Shown here one piece after another: positions 50,401-61,869 of a DNA stretch of 64,000 bases (within the stretch, counting starts at the first letter, position 1; the number at the start of each line of letters is the position of its first letter). A model generated the notes under the pieces. It did no database searches, had not been told where the DNA came from, and was given only the letters and a program-made list of their open reading frames with translations. The DNA is from Cycas panzhihuaensis (lineage: Eukaryota; Plantae; Cycadophyta). The translations under genes were made by a program, and so were the position numbers. Location: positions 191,959,741-192,023,740 of the forward strand of contig CM041465.1 of the NCBI GenBank assembly GCA_023213395.1, read 5' to 3'.

Positions 50401-51613
50401 AGTCTCATATTTTGAAATTGGCAATAATGGTTATGTGTTATCCATAAAACTAGGTTCAACTATTGAGGAATCTAGTTAATATGTGTTTTTTAATTAAAAA
50501 TCTAATCTCCATGTATGACAAGATACATAGAAATATATTAATGCATGTTACCTTGTTATAACTAGTTTGATAAGCCATGTGGTATACCCTATTCTTAGAG
50601 TTAGCTGGTTGGAAAGTTGAAAATTGAGATTGATGAGATTAGTTACTAATAAAGTTATAGGTATATGCAGAATTATTGATAGAGGCATCTTATATATATC
50701 TTGTAGGTAAAAGGAAAGTCACAAGGCAGTCTTATGCAACACATTTGACTAACAATAATATGTTTTTTTCTTTTTTATGAAGCTAATGAACCATGTGATA
50801 GAAACATTTTCTAAATAACTAATTATTACAATTGTTGGTTATCCATGCATTTTGGTGGATGGTTATTGTTTTATATAGACATTAGTGAATTGGTTTGTTG
50901 TTAATTTGATAACTTTTATCTACAACTTATAAGTGGAGATATAAAGTTAATAAGAAAGATTCCATATATCATGATGAGTTGAAAGTCATGAATTATAGTT
51001 GTTTGATGATTGATTGATGGTTTATAGGTGGTTGATATGATGTGATATGGTTATGACATAGCAGGTTTTACTTGTAGGAGATAAGCATAATGAAGACAAT
51101 TTAATAGATTGATTTATATGTGATATAGGTGACATGAGGATACAAACGAGCAGGTGATCCAACATGAAGATACAAAATGAAGATAATTAAAAATCCATAA
51201 ATTAAACATTAAGGGGGAGTGTTAAAGCATTATAATATTTGTTTCCACCAATATTAATGTAATGTTTAATTAATAGGCCAAAGTTATCATCGGTTGATAT
51301 GAAGAGTTTCGACACACATGATTAGATTGGTTAACACAATGATGAAATGTGATTAGATGTTGATAAGGTTACATATTATATAAAGGCAATGTTTATTGTA
51401 AAGAAAATTAGATCACCTTGAGATAGCTTTTCCCATTCATATGTTTTCCACGTTAAACATGGTATACATATGATGTTTACATTATTGACTCTTGTGTCCT
51501 TATCCTTTTTATTTATTATGATCATTATATACTCAATTAATCATGTGGTTACGGTTATATTATATCTTACTTGATTACACACTTCCACATAAGTTATTAT
51601 AAATAATTTAATA
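47492..51613 (+). mobile_element. Element G: highly decayed non-autonomous Copia-type LTR element
   Basis: LTRs at 47492-47947 and 51220-51613. PBS-like TGGTACTAGATC (47948). PPT TTAAGGGGGAG. TSD ACTTG/ACTTT. Faint pol remnants at 50300-51000. Confidence 0.85.
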
Positions 51614-53159
51614 ACTTTATTCAACTAAAATATGAAGAAAGCACAAACACATGATTTCAAGTGGTGGGTCCTCGTTTCCTCCCCTTTGATTTCACATTCC
51701 TTGCTAATATCCAAAAAGCCCATACTTCACACAAATTCAAGGTTACCCATCGAAAGAGATTTAGTGAGAAAATAAAAAATTGAGAGATATACAATTAGCT
51801 AGGCATTTATGACAAAGGGACAAGGAACGAGGCAATTTATAAAAGTAAAGGTCTATATTAAAATTATGTTTTCATATTGTATTTCATAATTATTCAAATA
51901 CAAATTTATAGAGGAGAGGAATTTAGATTTCAAGCTATCTAAAGCAATAGGCATCTAAAAATTAAGAGGTGATCCAATAGCATAACACATCACAAAGATT
52001 TAGAGCTAGGTATAATCATCATTATTACAACCACTAGATTTGTTGTGGTAAGTGGATGAAGAAGATTTAGAGTTATAGTCATAATCATTGTCTTAAAAAA
52101 AAAGATAGCAAAGATAATTTCTTAAATAAGGAGGGGTAAATTCCTTTAAAAATAGGTGGTGAGAATTCTTTGAAGATGATGAGGATAATTTCTTAAAATT
52201 AAAATATAAACATGGAAGAATTCTTTTGAAGTGATGAAGACTCATAATTTTAGAGAAGGAAGGGTTACAATGGGGAATGAGATAAGAGGACTATTATTGT
52301 AATTGAGCTCTTTTTAGAATTCTTTTTTTTTGTATGGGAAAAAGGAAGTAGAACTAATACAAATAGTGATTAAGGAAGCAATGGATAAACTCCTATAAAA
52401 ATACAAAGCAGAAATACTAGTCATAAGAGAATTTTTAGCACTAAACTTAAGGGTTTAGATTTGTAGTTCTTATGATGTACGTATCATCATAAATATTATA
52501 GAAGAATTCTATAAGTTAGTCTTATCTACTTGTATTTTTATTGTAGAGTTTCTTGCATGATAGTGAATATTTTCTTCATTAAGTTTTTATCTAATTAATG
52601 AATGTTACTTTTGTTGGAATAATGCCCATTGGGCCTCATATCCAGCTAGGGTTGATTACCAATATTGGGGTGATAACCTAGATATTAACAAAGATATCAT
52701 AGCAATTCTATGTTAGACCCTAACTACACTTAGCTATACTTTATCAGATATTGACAGTATTTATTCCAACATTTATCTGCACCAATCAATGGTAGATGTT
52801 GAGTGGTGTACCACATCCTACTTACATCCCATCTATTTATTCATGGGATTCAAAGATCTTAGTGTTCATAAACACCACCACTCTATTAGATTGATGGTTA
52901 ACTCTCTCATGTATTCTCTATGTTCCCTCTATATTCTAATTTCATCATTTGGCATAGAGCTTCTTAGTTAAGGAATTTAGAGTTTAGTTCAGGCACACCC
53001 AGGTTGTAGAAGTAATTATTTAGAGCCCGAAAGATAGAGAAGTTGTCAAGAGTCTCATTCAAAGCTATGAAGGAGTGTATCACATGTATCGATATATTTA
53101 ATTTATTAATTAATATTCTCTACTCTTTTCTAATCATTTATTTATATCTATCAGGGTTT

Positions 53160-53940
53160 TATTGAAGGAAGTTCCTTCCATTGCATGTTGTTTACATTTC
53201 ATCTAGCCTGTGAAGATGATCTCACCTTTGTGCAAGCTCTTCAATCTTGTAGTTAATCCTTTATTAGGAATAATACTAGAACTATATCTTCAAGAGTCTA
53301 TTGCACAACCAATAATTGTATTTGGCTCAACAGTCTTCCATCACCATGGCACATTTGGTAATCCCTATTTCATTCTTATCCATGTGTTGTGTATTCTTAC
53401 GGAAGAATCTCCATTGCATGCTACTATTTCTACATATTTTTCTAAGTCATTCAAAGTAATTATAATCATATTAAAGCCAGTCATAGCCTTCCCTTGCATC
53501 CTTATGGCTGATTTATTATCATTTGTGACTATATCTCATTGTTATTGCACCTTGTCTTTGTGTGATCGTTCATGTTTGTCTCTCATATAACAACCCCACC
53601 AAATATTTGTATATGCATTGCTTCTCCTTTCGTTAAAATTATTGTTCACATTCAACATATACTCATCAATACAATAAGAATAATTAGCATTTGCATCTTT
53701 ATCATCTCAATTGACTTCACTGCTCATGACTCTTACCCATCATCTGGTCTTGTGCTTAACACATCTAATTATCACGTCAAGTTGTAGAGGTATTTACAGT
53801 CTACATTTGTACATTGTGAACACTCCATAATTGCCTTGGCCAGTCACTTATCTTGCATTCACTAGCCTTTGGTCATTGTTGAGTTGATCCTCCTTACAGT
53901 CAATTCAAGACCAGATCAATCAAGAGCATCATCATAGAGC
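53160..53940 (-). pseudogene. Possible decayed antisense ORF of unknown function in the Copia-D leader
   Basis: Mostly open minus-strand frame of ~235 codons with ~10 stops (...GQGNYGVFTMYKC...NAYTNIWWGCYMRDKH...EIVACNGDSSVRIHNTWIRMK*GLPNVPW*WKTVEPNTIIGC...). Less AT-rich than its flanks; the antiparallel plus frame is open at 53210-53590. Confidence 0.4.
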
Positions 53941-54590
53941 CACCTTACATTGATTCACTCATATGACATCTACTATTTTTGGCAATCAAGTTTAGTAATG
54001 CCACTTTATCATGTAAATGACATTGTGTATACAAGATTGTTATGACTTTCTTGCATGCCTTTTTTCTATACTTTATAGTTAAAATTTTTCAAATGTTTGG
54101 ACTTTGAAGGAAGAGAGATATTTCATGCAACACTACCGACAAGGTTAATATATTATTGCGCACATATTTATATTGCACCTTTGTTGTTCCTTTATAAATT
54201 TAAATATTTTTTACTATATTTGTGGCAACACACTTTGCTTTGTATAAAGGTTAAAATAAATTTAATATCATTGCATCAACTACACATTCCTTTTCTTTTC
54301 TTTTTTGATGTACATATGTGGCTGTGTATTTACAACTTCATGCTTTTTCTATTGCATCATCCTTATATTACTGACGGAGCTACATACTCAATCCCAACAT
54401 ATAGTTTGGTCCACGCACTAATGCTTGCATAATAATTTTAGATGCAATTGTGGGGAGGTGCTTTTATAGCATAGGCGATCCATAGTCTTCACAAACTAAA
54501 GTTCCCAATTCAAGTTTGAGAAGCAGACATAATCATGGTGAAATTATTTCATTAATACAATTAGAGTTCATACTTAAATTTATTGTCTTG

Positions 54591-54666
54591 TAGCCCCTTT
54601 ATCGAATAGACTACAGGTCACATGCAGTAATCAAGTGACCAAAAGATTATTTTTTAAAAGGGGCCA
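54591..54666. promoter_or_regulatory. Conserved symmetric internal motif, copy in Copia-D
   Basis: TAGCCCCTTT-N15-GGTCACATG-N7-CAAGTGACC-N16-AAAGGGGCCA, an imperfect inverted repeat. Confidence 0.65.
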
Positions 54667-57600
54667 AGTTACTTTTTAAAGTTGCTAATAAAAAATAGGA
54701 GTTGTCTCTGTTTCAGTGACCACAACTTTCACCAACAAAGTCAAAATTTAGTTCTATTAGCATTAGGACAAAGTTCATTTTCACTCGAATAAAATGAATG
54801 GTTATATGACCATATTTCATTTTAATTTGATGTGCTTTTTAATGATTTAAGTTGATGCAAAATTTATTTAAACCTTTAATATTAAAAGGTTAATTTTTTT
54901 TGTAACCATTTTAATGTATATCTTGACCATCTAATATCAAAATTGAGTCTTGTCTAAAGCATTGAAGTCTATTTTCTATCCTTTATTAAGTGGTTAAGGA
55001 TTTAAAATTTTTTGAAGTTATCTTCTATAACTTTGATTATGTTCAAAATTGGAACTAGTTAAGGGTTTTTTGCGTGATATCCCTTATATGAACTAGTCAA
55101 AATTTAGTTTGTAAGCTCTCACTAATATAAAATATTATTTTTCAAGTGGTTGAAGTCTCAATTAAAATATTTGTCTAAGTCTTAGAGGTGGAGTAGAACA
55201 AATCTTATTACTTTTCAGCATCTCTTTTATTTCTTTTTTAGTGCTTTGATTACACTTTGTTTTAAGCACTTTTACATTTTAAAAGGCTAATTTTCAAGGC
55301 AATATTTTTACTATGGCATTAAATATTAGAAATGTAATGATGCCTAAATTTGATGGCATAAATTTTCTTAATTTGAGTATGTGAATGAAGCCAACCTTTA
55401 TTGCCAAAGACATATGGGATCTTGTTGATATCGATTATGGATCGATTGATGAATATGCCATAGATAACAAGAAGAAATGCTCCAAGGAGAATGAAAAGAA
55501 GGATAATGAGGCACTTACACTCATATTTTATGCATTGGAGGACTGTATCTTCTTAACAGTCAATGAAGTTACAACATCAAAAGAGGCTTAGGATGCACTC
55601 AAGATGATATACAAAGGACATCATTAAAATTATAAGCTTTAAGAAGTAGATTTAAAAATATGCAGATGACAACCCATAAAGGAGTTAATGATTTTATTAC
55701 TAAGGTCCAAGGCTTAGTTAACTAGATGAGATCCTTAGGAGAAGTGATTAGTGAACAAAGAGTAGTTGAAAAAATATTAAGGTGTGTAGATGATATTAAG
55801 AGGTTTAAGATGGTGGCCACTAGCATACAAGTTCCTAAGGACCGTAGAACCCTCAAAATAGATCAACTAAGTACTATACTTCTAGGAGTTGAAGAAAAGA
55901 AAGGAGAAAATAAATCCCTTAAGTATACTTTTACCATTAAAGCAAAAATTAGACCCAATTACTAAGAGTGAAGTTCTAGGGTAGAGGTAAATCCCCTAGA
56001 GGTAAAGGCCAATTAAAAAACTTGTTTTAAAGATAAGGTCAAGGCTTTTGAGGTTATTATTAAGGTTAACAAATACAAGGTCAAGGAAACTATCAAGGAC
56101 AAGACCTAAATTAATTTTATCAAGGGCAAAATCAATACCAAGATTAAAGGTACTATTAAGGCCAATGTTAGAGCTAAAACTATGGACTTTAAGGAAGAGG
56201 AAGAGGTTAAGGTCTTAGGGGGAGAAACCAAGGACAAAGAGGTAGGAGTCTAATAGGTAAAGGAACCATTCAATGTTCCTACTACTATAAGAATGGGCAT
56301 TTAGAGGAAAATTATTTTTCTAAAAGGTCAAGTTCACAAAGGGAAACAATTAACATAACTGTGGAGGAAAGATAAAATGATAGATTGTTTCTTTTAAGCT
56401 TTATGGCCAATGAAGAAGAAGATAGGTAGGATATCGATTCAAGATGTTCAACACATATTGACATATAAGGAAGAGTGGTTTAAGCAGTTAGATAACTCTA
56501 AGAAAAGTAAAATTATGTTTGGGAATAACACCACTCAAGTAGTTGTTATAAAAGGAAATGTCTCCATAACAATTGATTTTAGAAAACTAGGAGCATAAAT
56601 GATATTTTACATGTTCCAACCCTTAAGAAGAACTTACTTTCAGTGGGTCAGATGATGGAATGGAAATATAAAGTGATCTTTGATAATAGGAAATATACCA
56701 TCAAGGACAAATTAAGGAACAAGATAATTATAGCCAAAGGTTAAATGACTAGTGATAGGTTATTCAAACTAATCATACCTCCAATAGATTATTATGCCTT
56801 AAAGGTTTCAACAAATGTGGATAAAAAAATATGGCATAAAAGACTTGCCCATGTAAATTATAATAGTTTGGCCTTAATAAAAAGAATGGATATGGTAACT
56901 GGACTTCCTATTATTGAACCTAGTGAGAAATTATATGAATGATACATACTTGGAAAGTAGTAAATGGAAGGATTTCCTAATGAAAGTTATAGTGCCAATG
57001 GGCCCCTTCAATTAATATATATAAACTTATATGGTCTAATGGATGTGCCCTCACTCAGAGGTGCTAAGTACTTCACAACAATTATTGATGACTTCACAAG
57101 GATGACATGGGTCTACTTCATCAAGTTCAAATTAGATGCTCTATAATACTTCATGGACTTCAAAACTTTGATAGAAAGGCAAAGTGGACTTAGAATTCTA
57201 ACCCTAAGATTAGATAATGGGGAAGAATTCATTTCAAATAAATTCAAGGCTTATTGTAGCTATTATGGCATAAGAAAGTAGCTCACTAATCCTTATACCT
57301 CATAGAAAAATGGGGTTGTTGAAAGAAAACATAGAACAATTATTAAATGGCCAAAAGTATGCTTAAAGATAATCATTTAGGAAGTGAATATTGGGCTAAC
57401 GTTATACATGTTGGTATTTATGTGATGAACAAGTGTACCACTAAGGTGGTTAAGTGGGTTACACTAGAAGAAGCTTAGATAAGATATAAGCCAAGCATTA
57501 AACACTTAAAGATTTTTTAATGCATAGCTTATATATATCCTAGATCAAAGGAGAACTAAGTTGGAAGATAAGAGCATCAAATGTATCTTTATAAGATTTA

Positions 57601-58526
57601 ATGACTCTTCTAGATCCTATAAGCTTTATGATCCAAAAGGTATGAAGATAATTATAAGTAAGGATGCTATTTTTAAAGAATATGAGTTTTATCATAAAGA
57701 AGTTGTTAAAAAAGATAAAGGAAAAAATATCATGGTTACAAATATACCTAATATAAATGAAGCAAAACACTCTACTTCAAATTAAAGGGTCCTTAAGTGG
57801 GTACAAAGGTCATATGACCCTTCAAATATTTTGGACACCAACTTTAAGAGAAGGACTATAATATCTCAAAGGGTGAATTTTGCATTGATGACTCAAGTTA
57901 TAGAGTTGAATGAACCTTATAACTTTGAAGAGGCTAACATTCATGATGAATAGAAAGAAGTAATGAAGGATTAATATAATGCCTTAGTAAAAAATAATAC
58001 ATGGGAGTTAGTGGATCTACCATCAAACAAGAATATTGTTAAAACTAAATAGGTCTATAAGACCAAGTATAAGTTAGATGAAACAATTAACAAATATAAG
58101 GCAAGGTTGGTTCTTAAAGGCTATGCTCAAATTAAGACCATAGATTACAATGAGACATTCACACTAATTACAAGGCTAGAAACAGTTTGATTGGTAATGG
58201 CTTTAATTACACAACAAGGTTGGATTATTTACCAAATGGATGTAAAAAGTACTTTCTTAAATGACTATGTGGATGAAAAGATATATGTCTAACAATCAAA
58301 GGTTTTGAAGTGAAAGGTGAAGAAAACAAGGTCTACAAACTTAAAATAGCCTTGTATAGGCTTAAGTAAGCACTTAGATAATGGTAGTATAGAAATAATA
58401 AATATTTTAAGGATAAAAGATTTTAAATGAGTCAATATGATCCCAATTTATACATTAAGATAGAAGGAAGCTTTATACTTATTATAGGCTTATATGTTGA
58501 TGACTAAGTATATACTAGGAATGATG

Positions 58527-61500
58527 TATTGTATGTAATATCCAATTACATAATTATCCCCACCTACACTCTCTTCATATTTATTTGTATTATTATATTT
58601 GAGGTTGTGAGCCATATAGAAATGTGTCCTATCTCTAAGATTGACCAACGAGGTTCTCTCATTGATGATGAGCTCATTCATTCTAATTTGAAGTTTGACC
58701 ACTATTCTATCTCTTGTGTTAACTTGTATATACTTCATCTTTCTTGTGCTTCATTATTGCATCATTCATTCACCATCATATTTCATTTCTTGTATATATA
58801 GTTTATTACTTTTTTAACATGGTATTACAGCCCAAAGCTTGAATCCTTAAGGGAAATATTTTAGAGCCTCTGTACATATTATTCTTTCAATTTTTTAGAG
58901 TCTTATCAAGCTATTTGAGGAACTAGATTTTAATGCTTGATTAAGTAACCTGATCTTGTCCATTTTAAGTATTATTTCAAGATTCTTGAAGTTATTTGCT
59001 ATTGTATTTTATGCACATTTTAAGCAATTATTATCAACAGTTTAAGGGGCTATTATCATTTTTATTTTTTAAGTATATGGGGCTATTTCATCACTAATTT
59101 TTCAAATTATAAAGGGTTGTTTTGATGTTGTTTAAAAGATATTTAGAGCTTGTTTGGAGCTACTAATCAAAGGTTATTTTTGGAGTTGTTTAAAGACTTT
59201 TGAAGCCTATTTTAAAGATTTTAAAACTGATATAGAATGTATTTTGAAGTTATAGATTTATATGCCTTTGTAACTAGATTTCATGTTGTATGTGGGCCCA
59301 TTTTTTGAGCATGCAAGTATGTTGTTTGAAGTCATAGGAAGTATAGTTTGAAGCTATATTTTTGAAGGAAAAATGAGTAAATTTTAACATAAAATATAGG
59401 CATGATTACCCTATAGAAGATGTTTATTTGCTATCAAAAAAATAATTTTTCATAGTAATTTTAGCCTCAAATTTGAGGCCTTTGCAGGTGTCCTGTCATA
59501 AGGATCTGCTGCTAGTTTTTTGAGGCTATGAAAAGCCAATAGAATATTAAAATTTCTTGTATATATTGTTGATAAACAAAAAAAATATGATATATACTAC
59601 CACACAATCTACATCAAAAATTACTTTTTCTAAGTGCTATATAAGCAGTTACAGTTACATACAAGTGCAATACAATTACTCTAGGTTGCAATGTCAGTTG
59701 GATCCCCATTATTGGAGCTTGCATCAAATTCGGTATAGAGAACTTTGATTGATTATGAAAAAACTATTTAATGTCACTATTATGCTAATGTTACTATTGA
59801 AATGCTTATGTCAAAACTTGAGCTTAAACCTATTAAACTTGAGTTGCAGAAGCACAAATTTGTTCTCTTAGAAGTGTGCTAGCTTTATTATTGGAGCATT
59901 GTTGGAGAAGCAGATGATGGGCATATATCCAAATCTAGGTATTCTATCTGCAATCATTATTTTTCTTGTTTCCATGATTCATCCATTTGAATGATAGAGC
60001 TTGTTGCTACCTATTTTACTAAGAAAGATGCATCTTGTTGTTCCATCCATATTTTAATAAAGGAGGCTCCTACTTGGTGTCTGGCAAAACCTTTTATGTA
60101 GGTAGGTGACGTCAAAGTCCAAGAAATCAATAATGAAGCCATCAAGATTAGTCAACAAAGGTGAACAGAGCTTGTAGAGATACTGAGAAAATTTATCTAT
60201 GTCAAACCATAAATCCTTAGGGCAACTCAGTGTGGGTGAGCAATGGGGATGAAATTAGAAATTATCATACCTCCACACCATAACCTTATGAAAATGCCAA
60301 ATTAGATGAAAAATGCCAACACTGGGTTAATGATCCTTGTAAAAGCCATGCACTTATAATCGAGAAAATATTTGACATAAGTGAAATTACTAGAATGAAG
60401 AATCTACGTCTATACCAGCGGCATGTTGCAATGGCAGCCATACATGAAGGAATTTCAATGCAGAGAATGAGAAGAATATTACAGAACCCTAAATCAAATT
60501 TAGGGTATTGTTTGTTTAATATTTTATTTTTTGGTGGATATGATTCTTTATTAAAAGGTATTGATATTTTCTTTTACATTTATAAAAATGAAATTAATTA
60601 GATGGTATAATATTTCAGATCTACCTAGCCCCTTAGTTCATCAGCCCCTAGTCACATGGGGCATTCATATGACCTTCAACTAGCCAATGAAAGGGGCTAA
60701 GCCCCAAATTTTTAATTTTCATAGAGTCCTTGTTGTTGTTTTAGTTATAACTTAATCATATAAAGTCCATTTTTAGTTCCATCAATTGCATTAGATTCAC
60801 AACTAAGAGATATTTCATTTGGCAAGTCACTTGATAGTATTTGGAGCTGATTTGATGTAAAACTTTTAGGCCAAAGTCAAAAGTTTCTTTTAAAATTTTA
60901 ATTTTTCTTCACTTTTAGGCATATACATGTAATTTTTTAAGGTTCCATGTTCTTTATTGTACATTTCATTGCTATAATGTACCCCAAATGGGAGGATAAC
61001 ATGTATAATAGCTCATTTTCAGCTCTAGAAAACTTATTTCACATTAAAATTCATTATTTGAGAGAGTCATTCATATTGGACTTGAACCTCATATATTTTT
61101 TTAGTTATGTATTGACATTTATTGTTAGTTTTTAGCCCATGGAGGCATGATTTTAGCCTATAAAAGTAATTTGAGGCCATAATGTCATTGTAAGGCCTTA
61201 GAGCCATTTAAAGATGCTTATATTGTCCTATTTAAGCAAGAGGTAGGATCCCTTTTTAGCTACTCTTGCATTTTTTCATTAGCTCACTTGTTCAACTATG
61301 CAAGACGATATGTTCCCAGAGTGAAGCTAACTTGGCACTACTTGAACCATATATCCAAAAAAGGTTCTTATTCAACTGATTGTTGTAGTGACTAGTTACC
61401 CATGCATTCCGGTAGATGAACTTTTCTTTATATGGACATCAACAACAAATTATATTATTGCAATAACTTATAATCTAGCATTCATTTGAAGACTCGATAC

Positions 61501-61869
61501 TTATTTTGATGTGATATTTTATCTTATATAATTATCTATTATATGGAGAAAATATTAGGTGTAATATCTAATTACATAATTTTTGCCACATACACTCTCT
61601 CCATATTTATTTGTATTATTATATTTGAGATTGTGAGCCACATAGAGGTGTGTGCTACCTCTAATATTGACCAATGGGGTTTTCCTATTGATGGTGAGCT
61701 CATACTATAAAGTATATATATTATCATTCATTATAATTTAAAGTTTGGTCATTTTTCCATCTCTTGTATTAACTTATATATACTTCATATTCCTTGTGCT
61801 TTATTATTGCATCATTCACTCACCATCATATTTCATTTCTTACATGCATAACATATTATTTTTCTAACA
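58527..61869 (+). mobile_element. Element F: non-autonomous LTR element inside the Copia-D RT
   Basis: LTRs at 58527-58819 and 61553-61869. Perfect TSD TGATG (58522-58526, 61870-61874). PBS TGGTATTACAGCC (58820-58832). PPT-like TGGAGAAAA. The RT frame rejoins on removal. Confidence 0.93.
60626..60699. promoter_or_regulatory. Conserved symmetric internal motif, copy in element F
   Basis: TAGCCCCTT-N16-GTCACATG-N7-CATATGAC-N17-AAGGGGCTA; the outer arms are perfectly inverted. Confidence 0.65.
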
